64,000 bases of DNA from an uncultured Verrucomicrobia subdivision 3 bacterium (GTDB taxonomy: Bacteria > Verrucomicrobiota > Verrucomicrobiia > Limisphaerales > UBA11358): positions 5,873 to 69,872 of the forward strand of contig CAIRJF010000030.1 of the NCBI GenBank assembly GCA_903878805.1, given 5' to 3'. The translations under genes and the position numbers were made by a program. This document shows, in pieces, positions 37,595 to 47,177 of the stretch. The stretch's first letter is position 1. Each line of letters begins with the position of its first letter. The notes below the pieces were generated by a model. That model had not been told where the DNA came from. It did not search any database and was given only the letters and a program-made list of their open reading frames with translations.

Positions 37595-39985
37595 TCAATG
37601 CGTCAGCGTCAGGCTGTTGGTCGTGGAGAATTTGCCGCCGGCGTTTTGGGCGTAGGTTTTTACGGTATTAGTGCCGGAGTTGAGCGTGACGGTGTTCGTC
37701 CAGTTCACGAAGTTGTTAACCGTGCTGGCAAGATGCGGCAGCCCGCCGTTCAACTGGCTCCACACGCCGATAACCTTCCAGTTGTCCTTGGTGGTTCCGA
37801 TGATCTTGACAGTGGCGTCGGTCTCTTTCGCTCCGGTCTTGGGCGAGGTCACGGTCAACGTCGGCTTGGTTGTCTCGGTGAGATTGGCCTGCAGCCACAA
37901 ATTAGATTGCATGACGAAAGTCAGCTTCGTCTTATTGGTTAACACGGTTGATGGGAAATTGATTCCACCCGTCCAATTGGAGAAGACAAAACCCGTTTTG
38001 GCTGTGGCCGTGAGGCTGTAGATTTTTCCAACGGTCAGTGCCACTCCGTTGTCGTTCGGCGTGATCGAGCCGACGCCGTTGGTGCGGACGGTCAGCGGCG
38101 TGTTCAGCACGCAGACAAAACTCACGGTGTTGGTGGTGGAAACATTTCCAGCCGCGTCGACGGTATAGGCTTTGACCGTGTTGGTTCCGGGCATCAAGGA
38201 AACGACCGCCGTCCAGTTCGTCCACTGGTTCGTGGTAGTGGCGGGATTCCAGCCAGCGCTGTTCAGTTGGTAGCGGACGCCGACGACATAGACGTTGTCC
38301 GCCGCCTTGCCGGTCACGGTGAAGCTGGCGTTGCTGACGGACTGATTGGCAGTCGGCGAAATAATCTGATTGGTCGGCCGCACGCTGTCATTGATCAAAA
38401 CATAAGTCGCATTCGTCACGGTCGGCTGATCAGCGAGAATGGAAACCGTCTGGCTGGCGGGGTTGGTCCAGCCGCCCAGCGGAATATATGTCACTGTATG
38501 ACTGCCAACGGTCAGGCCGGGAACCGAGGCGCCACTGCCCAGCCACGTGCCGCCATCCACGCGCCACGCCGCGCCCTGACTGACGGCGGGAGCGGGGGCG
38601 ATGTTCACTTGGAGCGAACCGGGCTGCTGAACGTAAATTCCATTCGTGACGGTCAAGGCATTGCTGCCAATCAACACTGAAAAGCTGGCGGGCGAATTCC
38701 ATCCGCTGACGGCGCTGAACGCGACCGCATGATTGCCAACCGCCAAGCCGGAAACAATCGCGCCATTCGTTTGCCACGCGCCACCATCCACCTGCCACGA
38801 CGCCCCGCCGCTGACGACGCTGTCCGGCGAGAGACCAACTTGCAGCGAACCGGTCGCCTGCACAATGCTGGCCAGACGGTAAAAACACGTTCCAGAAATC
38901 TGACCGATGACGGTGTTGAGAAAATTTGCGACGACCGGCGCAGTGTTCACCGTCGTCCATTCGACCGGCGGGGTAAGATTAGTGACCGACTGCAAAACAT
39001 AACCGGCTGCCGACACCGGCCAGGTTAGCAGCATATTCGTCCCGGACAATTGGATTTGAAGGACGATGTTCGTCACGGGCACGGCGTTGGGCGTGGGGAA
39101 AATTTGTTCGGGCAGATTGACGGCCGAGTTGGTCATGCCGTCGCCTAATTGTCCATTACCATTATATCCCATGCCCCACAAACTGCCATCGCCCTTGATG
39201 AACAAACTATACTGAAACACGGCGGCGATGGCTGTTACGTTGCTGGCAACAATCTGTTCGGGCTGGTTGGTTCCGAAAATCGAGTCAGTTGCAAAAGTGC
39301 CGTCACCCAACTGACCGTAGACATTTCCACCCATCGCCCACAAGCTGCCGTCCGCCTTGATGAAAAGACTCTGATCCCAGCCGGCGGCAATGGCTGTGAC
39401 ATTGCTGGCGACAATCAGCTCGGGCACGTTGACGTTCAGGTTGGTCGTGCCGTCGCCCAACTGGCCGTTGCCATTTCCACCCGTGGCCCACAGGCTGCCA
39501 TCCGCCTCGAGAATGAGGCTGTGCGCATAACCGGCGGCCACCGCCACCACATTGCTGGCGAGAATTTGTTCGGGCAAGTTGATGGTGTTGGTGTAAGTGC
39601 CATCGCCCAGCTCGCCGTCACCGTTGTAGCCCATGCCCCACAAACTGCCGTCGCTTTTGATAAACAAACTATCAGTGTTGCCAGCCGACACCTTGACAAC
39701 ATTTGCAGGCACAATTTGTTGCGGCGAGTTGGTGCTAAAGTAGCTGCCAATGCCCAGTTCGCCGTCACCATTGTAGCCCATGCCCCACAGGCTCCCGTCA
39801 TTTTTGAGAAACAAAGTATGGTCGGCACCCGCAACTACCGCCGTAACGTTGCTGGCGACAATCTGCTCCGGCACACTGATGCTATTGGTGGTGCCGTCGC
39901 CCAACTGGCCGTAGGCATTGTCACCCATCACCCACAAGCTGCCATTCGTCCCGATAAAAGCCGTGTGTCGGTCGCCTGCGGTCAC
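37595..39985 (-). CDS. large exoprotein: RCC1-type beta-propeller blades followed by Ig-like / InlB-B-repeat-like domains (main reading frame)
   Basis: 796-aa ORF from GTG 39985. It has six tandem ~50-aa blades (NVTA(V/I)AAG..HSLF(I/L)K.DGSLWGMGYNG.GQLGDG) and two ~80-aa repeats (GSLQV...W(Q/R)VDGG.W...). A GFVFSNWTGG segment and two Ig-like repeats follow. The frame stays open and repeat-like upstream of the GTG (..ITAVTAGDRH..). Confidence 0.8.
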   Translation of the reverse strand: MTAGDRHTAFIGTNGSLWVMGDNAYGQLGDGTTNSISVPEQIVASNVTAVVAGADHTLFLKNDGSLWGMGYNGDGELGIGSYFSTNSPQQIVPANVVKVSAGNTDSLFIKSDGSLWGMGYNGDGELGDGTYTNTINLPEQILASNVVAVAAGYAHSLILEADGSLWATGGNGNGQLGDGTTNLNVNVPELIVASNVTAIAAGWDQSLFIKADGSLWAMGGNVYGQLGDGTFATDSIFGTNQPEQIVASNVTAIAAVFQYSLFIKGDGSLWGMGYNGNGQLGDGMTNSAVNLPEQIFPTPNAVPVTNIVLQIQLSGTNMLLTWPVSAAGYVLQSVTNLTPPVEWTTVNTAPVVANFLNTVIGQISGTCFYRLASIVQATGSLQVGLSPDSVVSGGASWQVDGGAWQTNGAIVSGLAVGNHAVAFSAVSGWNSPASFSVLIGSNALTVTNGIYVQQPGSLQVNIAPAPAVSQGAAWRVDGGTWLGSGASVPGLTVGSHTVTYIPLGGWTNPASQTVSILADQPTVTNATYVLINDSVRPTNQIISPTANQSVSNASFTVTGKAADNVYVVGVRYQLNSAGWNPATTTNQWTNWTAVVSLMPGTNTVKAYTVDAAGNVSTTNTVSFVCVLNTPLTVRTNGVGSITPNDNGVALTVGKIYSLTATAKTGFVFSNWTGGINFPSTVLTNKTKLTFVMQSNLWLQANLTETTKPTLTVTSPKTGAKETDATVKIIGTTKDNWKVIGVWSQLNGGLPHLASTVNNFVNWTNTVTLNSGTNTVKTYAQNAGGKFSTTNSLTLTH

Positions 39986-40244
39986 TGCCGTAATCGGGCC
40001 GGTTGGCCACCAGCAGCGGCACGTTGGTGTAATTGGTCAACGCAACTGCGTTGCCCAGCTCACCGGATGTATTAAACCCCATGCCCCACAAGCTGCCATC
40101 GCCTTTAATAAACAGGCTGTGGCTGCCGCCACCGGCCACGCCGGTAACGGTTTGCGCACCCCCCTTGAAAATCAAAGCCATCGCGAAGGCGGCTGCAATT
40201 AATTTTGAAAATCTCACAATCTGTCGGCAATCGTCGTTACCCAT
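39986..40244 (-). pseudogene. 5' fragment of the RCC1-repeat gene (signal peptide + first blade), out of frame with the main ORF
   Basis: The ORF 39921..40244 encodes (M/V)RFSKLIAAAFAMALIFKGGAQTVTGVAGGGSHSLFIKGDGSLWGMGFNTSGELGN...VPLLVAN. The blade then continues in the frame of 37595..39985 (PITAVTAGDRHTAFIGTNGSLW). A 1-nt indel around aaccggccc (39996-40004) separates the two frames. Confidence 0.7.
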
Positions 40245-40400
40245 CTGCCTTCGCTCACACGGAAAGCAACTTGATTAAACCACAAACCGGCAAACCGAAG
40301 CAAGCCGGGGCGTTTAACCAAAATAACAAAATAATTTCCGCACAATCTCGCACGGATTAGCCCACCGTCAATGGCTTCGGGTTCTGCACGCGTTTTGAAA

Positions 40401-40455
40401 AAGATGCAAATCCGCATCTTGAAAACAAAAAAAGCCGCCCGGATTTCCGGGCGGC
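40401..40455 (-). terminator. tandem Rho-independent terminators downstream of rplI
   Basis: On the minus strand: GCCGCCCGG-aaat-CCGGGCGGC followed by TTTTTTT, then AAGATGC-ggattt-GCATCTT followed by TTTC. Confidence 0.8.
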
Positions 40456-40469
40456 TTTTGGCAAAAAAT

Positions 40470-41078
40470 TTATTCCGTCTTCGCCTTCTTTTCAACCTTG
40501 GGTTTTTTCTCGGCCTTCGCCTTGAGCTCGGCTTCTGTCGGAGCGATGATGTCCCCGCGATGACCGCGTTTCTCGGTGCGCGGCTTTTCTTCGACCGCTG
40601 CCGCGACGGGCGCGACAACGGGCGTGGTGCTTTCGACGCGCACTTTCAACGTGCCTTTGACTTCCGCGTGCAAAGCGAGTTCCACTTCAAATTCGCCAAT
40701 CGCACGGATGGCATGTTCGAGCTTGATTTTCTTCTTGTCGAGCGCGATGTCGAACTGGTGCTTGAGTTCGTCAGCGATTGTGCCGCTGGTGACTGAGCCG
40801 AACAGCTTGCCGTCTTCGCCGGTCTTGACCTTGACAACGCACACCAATTTCTGGAGCGCCTTGGCGAGGTCGGTCATGTGGTTGAATTCATGCGCTTCGC
40901 GTTCGGCGCGCTTCTGCTTGAGCGCTTCGAGCTGGCGCTTGTTCGCCGACGTGACCGGCACGGCGAGGCGCTGCGGGAAAAGATAATTGCGCGCGTAACC
41001 AGCGGCGACGCGGACGTTGTCAGATTCACCACCGAGACCGATGATGTGTTGCGTGAGGATAACTTCAGTTTTTGCCAT
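40470..41078 (-). CDS. rplI: 50S ribosomal protein L9 with K/A/E-rich C-terminal extension
   Basis: MAKTEVILTQHIIGLGGESDNVRVAAGYARNYLFPQRLAV... . The extra tail is ...AELKAKAEKKPKVEKKAKTE. Confidence 0.9.
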   Translation of the reverse strand: MAKTEVILTQHIIGLGGESDNVRVAAGYARNYLFPQRLAVPVTSANKRQLEALKQKRAEREAHEFNHMTDLAKALQKLVCVVKVKTGEDGKLFGSVTSGTIADELKHQFDIALDKKKIKLEHAIRAIGEFEVELALHAEVKGTLKVRVESTTPVVAPVAAAVEEKPRTEKRGHRGDIIAPTEAELKAKAEKKPKVEKKAKTE

Positions 41079-41110
41079 ACAAAAAATATTTTAGTTGCGG
41101 AGTTAAAAAA

Positions 41111-41569
41111 TCAGAACGGAACGTCGTCGCTTTCGGGCGGACCATCGCCTTCGACGGGATCGGCGGCTGGTGCAGCGGCAGCCGGACGAGCGGCACGCGG
41201 AGCGGAAGCCGCAGGTGCGCCACCTTCACTGCCGGGAGCGCTACCGAGAAATTGAACGGTTTCGGCAATCACGCCGAGTTTGCTGCGCTTTGCACCGGTG
41301 GCTTTGTCATCCCACTGATCGAGCTTAAGTCGGCCTTCGATCATAATCGGACGGCCTTTGCGCATGTATTGACCGACGTTTTCCGCCGTGCGGCCAAAAA
41401 CATCCACGTCAACGAAAGTCACTTCTTCCTTTTTTTCACCCGCTTCATTCGTCCAGACGCGGTTGACCGCGAGGCCGATCTTGGCGATGGCCGTGCCTTT
41501 GGGCGTGTAGCGCAATTCGGGATCGCGCGTCAAGTTGCCCATCAGGATGACTTTGTTGAAGCTGGCCAT
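41111..41569 (-). CDS. ssb: single-stranded DNA-binding protein
   Basis: MASFNKVILMGNLTRDPELRYTPKGTAIAKIGLAVNR..., a Pro/Ala/Gly-rich linker and the acidic tip DDVPF. Confidence 0.92.
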   Translation of the reverse strand: MASFNKVILMGNLTRDPELRYTPKGTAIAKIGLAVNRVWTNEAGEKKEEVTFVDVDVFGRTAENVGQYMRKGRPIMIEGRLKLDQWDDKATGAKRSKLGVIAETVQFLGSAPGSEGGAPAASAPRAARPAAAAPAADPVEGDGPPESDDVPF

Positions 41570-41584
41570 AAAACTTGCGGCGAA

Positions 41585-41890
41585 TTATTTTGCAGCTTTC
41601 GGGGCTGGCGCAATCGTGAAGAGCACGCGGAACACGTCTTCGTTCAGCGTGAATTTCTTCTGCAACTGCGCGATGGCGGCGGGCGTCGCATCAAAAATGA
41701 CGTTCGCGTAAAAACCGGCGCTGTGGCGCTTGTCGGCGATGCGGGAAAACGCTTTCTTTTCCATTTTCTGCACCGTTTCAATCTTGCCGCCCACGGCGGT
41801 GATGTCGGTGGAAATTTTGTCGAGGGCGTCTTTGACGCCGTCTTCTTTGCCGTTCAAGTTCAGGATGAACAGACCTTCGTATTTTTTCAT
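41585..41890 (-). CDS. rpsF: 30S ribosomal protein S6
   Basis: 101 aa: MKKYEGLFILN...KMEKKAFSRIADKRHSAGFYANVIFDA... Confidence 0.88.
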   Translation of the reverse strand: MKKYEGLFILNLNGKEDGVKDALDKISTDITAVGGKIETVQKMEKKAFSRIADKRHSAGFYANVIFDATPAAIAQLQKKFTLNEDVFRVLFTIAPAPKAAK

Positions 41891-42486
41891 TTTTCTTCGT
41901 TTGTGGAGTCCACGACTCCGTTAAATTGGCTCATCGCCTTTTCGATTCCAGACGTCAGCCAGGTTTCAACCTGATTCGCCGCCCGTTCCAAAACTTTTTT
42001 TAGCAACTCGTTTTCGGACGAATCAAATTTTCCGAGAACATAATTGGCAATCTGACGCGAACTATCTTTGCGACCGATGCCAATCCGCAATCGCGCAAAC
42101 TCGCGTGACGCTAGATGTTGCTCGATGGACTCCAAACCGTGATGTCCACCGCTGCTGCCGCTCTTACGCAACCGGATTTCGCCAAACGGCAAATCCGCAT
42201 CGTCTACGGCCACTAAAAATTTTCCCAACGGCAACCGGTAATAATTTACCAACGCTCCGACCGATTCGCCGCTCAAATTCATGAACGTCTGCGGCTCGCA
42301 CAGCAAAACTTTCTTGCCGTTGCGTTCGGACTTCGCCACGCGGGCAACAAACTTGCGTTCGTTTGCCCAACCCGACTGCCACTGTTCCGCCAATTGTTCG
42401 ACCAGCAAAAAACCGGCATTGTGGCGCGTCTTCATGTATTCCGCGCCGGGATTGCCCAAACCCACGATGAGAAAAATATTTTCCAT
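41887..42486 (-). CDS. pth: peptidyl-tRNA hydrolase
   Basis: LIVGLGNPGAEYMKTRHNAGF..., GGHHGLESI. Confidence 0.9.
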   Translation of the reverse strand: MENIFLIVGLGNPGAEYMKTRHNAGFLLVEQLAEQWQSGWANERKFVARVAKSERNGKKVLLCEPQTFMNLSGESVGALVNYYRLPLGKFLVAVDDADLPFGEIRLRKSGSSGGHHGLESIEQHLASREFARLRIGIGRKDSSRQIANYVLGKFDSSENELLKKVLERAANQVETWLTSGIEKAMSQFNGVVDSTNEEK

Positions 42487-42516
42487 TCGCAGGCGCAGCG
42501 GCTTGCGCCGCTTAAA

Positions 42517-43257
42517 TTATTTCTTCTTGGCTTCGGCCTTCGCTTCGGGCTTGGCTTCGGCTTTTTTGTCGCCAGCTTTCGCATCGGCCTTGGCAGGAGC
42601 AGCACCTTCGGCGCCTTCTTCTTTCTTCTCCTTCGTCATTTCGACGTCGCCAGCAGCCTTCGTCGCATCGGCGGCTACGACTTCTTCTTCGGCGCGCGGC
42701 GCGGCCACGGCCACGACGGTGCGGGATTTTTCACCAACAATTTCCACGCCCGCCGGCGGAACGATTTCGCCGAGGTGGATGGACTTGCCGATTTCCAGCG
42801 CACTCACGTCGAGCGTGATTTGTTCCGGCAAATCTTTCGGCAAGCAACGCACTTTCAACTTGTGCAAAATGTGTTCCAGCGTGCCGCCGCCGTTTTTAAC
42901 GCCAGCCGGTTCGCCGACGGTTTCAACGGGAACAAAGATAGTGACTTTTTCCGTCTCGGCCACTTCGTGAAAATCAACGTGCACCACCTTACCGCTCAAC
43001 GGATGGTGTTGAACTTCCTGCACGAGCGCGAGGCGCTTGGAACGCGCGTCTTTTTCGACGGTCAAATCCACGAGCAGATTTTCTGAAACCGAGTGGTTCA
43101 ACAAATCGGCAATCTCCTTCGAAACAACTTCGAGGTTTTGCGGCGCGGCCTGGCGACCATAAATGGTGGCGGGCACGCGACCGGCGCGACGGAGTTTGGT
43201 GACTTCGGCGCGTTGCACTTGGGAACGCGGATAGGCTTTTAAGGCGACTGATTTCAT
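42517..43257 (-). CDS. rplY: 50S ribosomal protein L25 / Ctc-type with K/A/E-rich tail
   Basis: KLRRAGRVPATIYG..., two-domain Ctc length, and the tail ...KKEEGAEGAAPAKADAKAGDKKAEAKPEAKAEAKKK. Confidence 0.88.
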   Translation of the reverse strand: MKSVALKAYPRSQVQRAEVTKLRRAGRVPATIYGRQAAPQNLEVVSKEIADLLNHSVSENLLVDLTVEKDARSKRLALVQEVQHHPLSGKVVHVDFHEVAETEKVTIFVPVETVGEPAGVKNGGGTLEHILHKLKVRCLPKDLPEQITLDVSALEIGKSIHLGEIVPPAGVEIVGEKSRTVVAVAAPRAEEEVVAADATKAAGDVEMTKEKKEEGAEGAAPAKADAKAGDKKAEAKPEAKAEAKKK

Positions 43258-43290
43258 TTTATAAATTGTAAAATTGTTTCTTGGCGACGC

Positions 43291-44235
43291 TTAACTGGTG
43301 CGTCCGCCCTTAAATTCAAAGAGCGAGTTCACCGACGAATTTGTATGAATCCGTTTGATGGCTTCGCCCAAAAGCCCCGCAACCGATAGCGTAGTTATCT
43401 TTACGCCGTCAATCGCAGGGCGTTGGACTGTATCAGTTGTTATCAATTCGTCAATGGCAGAATTGCGTAATCTTTGGATGCCTGTGTCGTTCAAAAGCGC
43501 GTGGGAAACGCAGGCCATGATGTTTTTTGCGCCTTTCGTCTTCAACACCGCCGCCGCCGAGGTCAGTGTGCCCGCCGTCTCGGTCAAATCGTCCACGAGC
43601 AAAACATTTTTGCCCTCGATTTCGCCGATGACCGCCATGCTCTCAACTTCCGTTGCGCTCTTGCGGCGCTTGGCGACGATCGCGAGTTCCGATTCCAACG
43701 TCTGCGAATACGCGTGCGCCATTTTGATACCGCCGGCATCGGGACTCACCACGACCAGATTGCTCAAATTTTTCTTCTTCAGATAATCATACATCACCGG
43801 CGCGGCATAAAGATGATCCACCGGAATATCAAAAAATCCTTGAATCTGTTGCGCATGCAAATCCATCGTCAACACGCGATTCGCACCGGCAGCGACGAGC
43901 AGATTCGCCACGAGCTTCGCGGTGATTGGAACGCGCGGCTGGTCTTTGCGATCCTGTCGCGCGTAGCCGTAAAATGGCATTACGGCGGTAATCCGCTTTG
44001 CACTCGCGCGACGCAACGCGTCCATCATGATGAACATTTCCATCAGATTATGATTTGTCGGCGGCGAGGTGGGCTGGATGATAAAAATATCTTCGCCGCG
44101 CACATTCTCTTCAATTTTCACAAACGTCTCACCATCAGGAAACGGCGAAATGGTGCAATTACCGAGTGGCACACCGATGGATTTACAGATGGCGTTGGCG
44201 AGAGGTTGATTGGCAGTGCCGCTGAAAATTTTCAC
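43291..44235 (-). CDS. prs: ribose-phosphate pyrophosphokinase
   Basis: MKIFSGTANQPLA..., YGYARQDRK, DLHAQQIQGFF and VLLVDDLTETAGT. Confidence 0.92.
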   Translation of the reverse strand: MKIFSGTANQPLANAICKSIGVPLGNCTISPFPDGETFVKIEENVRGEDIFIIQPTSPPTNHNLMEMFIMMDALRRASAKRITAVMPFYGYARQDRKDQPRVPITAKLVANLLVAAGANRVLTMDLHAQQIQGFFDIPVDHLYAAPVMYDYLKKKNLSNLVVVSPDAGGIKMAHAYSQTLESELAIVAKRRKSATEVESMAVIGEIEGKNVLLVDDLTETAGTLTSAAAVLKTKGAKNIMACVSHALLNDTGIQRLRNSAIDELITTDTVQRPAIDGVKITTLSVAGLLGEAIKRIHTNSSVNSLFEFKGGRTS

Positions 44236-44261
44236 AGGTAAAAAAATAAATTGCCGCCGGT

Positions 44262-44291
44262 TAAAAAAAGAAAACCCGCCGGACTGGCGGA
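44262..44291 (-). terminator. probable Rho-independent terminator downstream of mnmA
   Basis: On the minus strand: CCGCC-agtcc-GGCGG followed by GTTTTCTTTTTTT. The stem is short. Confidence 0.5.
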
Positions 44292-44366
44292 TGAACGTGT
44301 CAAAATCGTAACAACCACCGTGCCCCGTGCAAGCCGAATCTATTCACCGCCATCGTTGCAACAAAA

Positions 44367-45452
44367 TCACCGCATAATCCAGCCGCCGCCCACTACCAAA
44401 TCGTCCTGGTAAAAAACTGCCGCCTGGCCGGGCGTGATGGCACGCGCGGGCGAATGCAATTTTACTTTTACTTTTCCATTTTCAAAAGGCGTCACCGTTG
44501 CCGCCGCGCCGGGATGGTTGTAGCGAATCTTCGCCGTCACTTCGATTGGCTCGGTCAGCTTTTCAAACGGATGCCAGTTACAGCGGTCGGCGATAAATTC
44601 ATCGCGGTCGAGCGCGGCTTCATCACCCACCATCACGCGATTATTTTCCGCATCCAACTCGACGACGTAAACTGGCTTGGCCGTCGTGATGCCGAGACCT
44701 TTGCGTTGACCGATGGTGTAAAATTCAATGCCGTCGTGTTGGCCAAGCACATGGCCGTGAACATCCACAATGTCGCCGCGATGTTTTTGCACGAGGTTCG
44801 CGGATTGAAGAAAGCCGCCGTAATTGTTGTCCGGCACGAAACAGATTTCCATGCTCTCTTCCTTGTCGGCCGTCTTGAGATTGCAATGCCGCGCCACATC
44901 ACGCGTGTCGCTTTTAGTTTTTTTGCCCAACGGAAATATAATACGCGCCAACTGATCTTGTCGCAGTGAGAACAGGAAATAACTTTGATCCTTGCGCGCA
45001 TCTTTGCCGCGCTTGAGCAAGTATCGCGAACCGTCGACATTCTTTTCCACGCGCGCAAAATGTCCCGTCGCGATGAAATCCGCGCCGAGTTGATCCGCGC
45101 GGTCAATCAATCTTCCGAACTTCAAATTCTGATTGCACATCACGCACGGATTCGGCGTGCGGCCGGCCTTGTATTCATCGGCGAAGTATTGGATGACGTG
45201 CTTCTGGAATTCCGCCGCCTCGTCAATGAGGTAATACGGGATGTCGAGCTTGTCGCAGACCGAGCGCGCGTCGGTGACGGCCTGCGGGCCGCAGCATTTG
45301 TCCTCCGCGCGGTTCACACAATCCTGCGGCCAGAGCTTGAGCGTGATGCCGATAACATCGTAACCCTGCTCGATCAAAAGCGCCGCCGTCGCCGAGGAAT
45401 CAACTCCTCCGCTCATGCCGCAGACGACGCGCTGACGCTTTTGCGAATTCAC
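44367..45452 (-). CDS. mnmA: tRNA 2-thiouridine(34) synthase
   Basis: PP-loop VVCGMSGGVDSS, ...NPCVMCN..., ATGHFAR. Confidence 0.92.
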   Translation of the reverse strand: MNSQKRQRVVCGMSGGVDSSATAALLIEQGYDVIGITLKLWPQDCVNRAEDKCCGPQAVTDARSVCDKLDIPYYLIDEAAEFQKHVIQYFADEYKAGRTPNPCVMCNQNLKFGRLIDRADQLGADFIATGHFARVEKNVDGSRYLLKRGKDARKDQSYFLFSLRQDQLARIIFPLGKKTKSDTRDVARHCNLKTADKEESMEICFVPDNNYGGFLQSANLVQKHRGDIVDVHGHVLGQHDGIEFYTIGQRKGLGITTAKPVYVVELDAENNRVMVGDEAALDRDEFIADRCNWHPFEKLTEPIEVTAKIRYNHPGAAATVTPFENGKVKVKLHSPARAITPGQAAVFYQDDLVVGGGWIMR

Positions 45453-45548
45453 AGACGGACATTATACAACTCGCGGGCGGCGTGTAAAATGGTTTGCGCG
45501 AATGGCGAAAGGAATTAACCGTGAACTATGAAACAAATCGCGAATCGT

Positions 45549-47177
45549 TCAAGGCTCAACCCCAGCTATATTTGTTCCATTGCGAGGCCAAATAAGACTG
45601 CCAAATTTGGAATCCCATATTTTTGATAGCGCCTTCCATTGCGGACTATTCGTCGCAAACCAACCTTTACTCGTGTTGACATAAAATGCTGATCTGCCAC
45701 CCAAAAAACGCTCGTCCTCGGTGTAAGTGCGCTCGGACAACATTGGTCTGAACTCTTGATTGTCTTGCAATTTTGAAACCTTAATCAAAAGGCCATGAAC
45801 AAAATAATTTGGAGGATTGGTAGCATCAGCGCCGCGCGGAAACGATTCGAGTGCGAATTCACGTGGGAGAAGCAAGCCGTCGAAGTTCGTGAACTGTATC
45901 ACCCGATAGCGGCGGTTCATTTCCTGACAATAAATGTAAGTGGGAACAAAAGGCTGCCGGTCGGAACGTCTTAGATCTACAACCATAAGTTTTTTAAGTT
46001 CTGAAGCAATTGGTTCTGCCCAGTCAAAAAATGGTTTGGCTGCATTTCCTTTCAGTGAGTCAAAATAGCCGGCCGAACCAAAAGCCAGCCAAGTAGGAAC
46101 AACATAATCGGCTCGATTATTAGGAATATCATTTTCCTCGACAACACCACTTGCAGTAATCGGTCCGCCATTATCTGGTTGGTCGCCGATCTTTTGGTAG
46201 TGATAAATATATTCCCCATCGTAGGAATCCTCATAATAACCCACAGGAGAATTTTGTGGTGTGGTTCGGATTAACCATTTGTCTCCGCTGACAAATACTT
46301 TGAATTGATTTGTCTGTTTCCAATTGCCGCTTCCAAATTCTAAAACGCCTTCAGCCTCAAAAGCATTTGTTCGAGCTGTCATTTTCTTGGCTATAAGAAT
46401 GCCGCCACTTCCAGCAAGCAAGACTCCCAAGCCGATGGCAATTGCCGTTTTTGCTTTCGTCCACGCCATAATTTTTAATGCTCCTTTTGTGAAGGTTAAG
46501 GTTGAACCGCTGGCCGCCGCGCCTTTGGCAATCGCCACGGCGGTCACAGATTTTGCCAGCACCACGGGCGCGGCCTGAACGGAGTTGGCGGAAATCGCCC
46601 CGGCAATGATGGCCGTGGTCGAACTCACGCCGCGTTTGGTGAAAAACTTCCGTAACTTTTCCAGCGCGCGGCTCACGCGCATTTTCGCCGCGTCCTCGCT
46701 CGCGCCCAAAGTTGCGCCGACTTCCGCAAACGTTTTGTTCTCAAAAAATCGCAGCACGAGCGCGTCGTGATCTTTCTGGCCGAGCTGTTCCATCGCACCG
46801 TCTAGCAGCGGCGCAATTTGATTCCAATTTTCGTCGGGCGTGGGTTCATTCGCGGCTTCGTCTAAAGTGGATTGCATATATGCCTCCTGTTCGCGTTGCC
46901 GGCGCCGCCGTTGAATGGTTAGCGCATTGGCACTTGCATAGCGCGCCGTGCGGCAGAGCCAGCCGGGCGAAATCGTTTTGTCGCCGAGCGAATCCGCCTT
47001 GCGCGCGAGAATGATGAAAACCGCCTGCGTGATTTCCCCGGCCAGATGCGCGTCGCGCACCGAGCGCAGCGCCACGGAATAGACGAGATTGACATGACGC
47101 GCGACGAGCGTGGCGAACGCAGCCTCGGAATGGTTCCGGGCGTAATCGCGTAGCAAGGCGCGGTCGTCATTCATCAT
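45549..47177 (-). CDS. ECF-type sigma-70 factor fused to transmembrane segment(s) and a ~290-aa extracytoplasmic domain
   Basis: Start at MMNDDRAL (47177). Region 2 is [38 protein letters not shown]. Region 4 is ...[41 protein letters not shown]. Hydrophobic stretches follow ([14 protein letters not shown]..., [19 protein letters not shown]), then an AT-rich 3' half encoding an unrecognised domain. Confidence 0.8.
   Translation of the reverse strand: MMNDDRALLRDYARNHSEAAFATLVARHVNLVYSVALRSVRDAHLAGEITQAVFIILARKADSLGDKTISPGWLCRTARYASANALTIQRRRRQREQEAYMQSTLDEAANEPTPDENWNQIAPLLDGAMEQLGQKDHDALVLRFFENKTFAEVGATLGASEDAAKMRVSRALEKLRKFFTKRGVSSTTAIIAGAISANSVQAAPVVLAKSVTAVAIAKGAAASGSTLTFTKGALKIMAWTKAKTAIAIGLGVLLAGSGGILIAKKMTARTNAFEAEGVLEFGSGNWKQTNQFKVFVSGDKWLIRTTPQNSPVGYYEDSYDGEYIYHYQKIGDQPDNGGPITASGVVEENDIPNNRADYVVPTWLAFGSAGYFDSLKGNAAKPFFDWAEPIASELKKLMVVDLRRSDRQPFVPTYIYCQEMNRRYRVIQFTNFDGLLLPREFALESFPRGADATNPPNYFVHGLLIKVSKLQDNQEFRPMLSERTYTEDERFLGGRSAFYVNTSKGWFATNSPQWKALSKIWDSKFGSLIWPRNGTNIAGVEP

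Noticed and set aside
38400-40170. Internal DNA repeats within the RCC1 exoprotein gene, as a possible mobile or tandem-repeat element.
   Set aside because: They correspond to protein-level domain repeats (propeller blades and ~80-aa Ig-like modules) with diverged DNA. There are no terminal repeats and no transposase.
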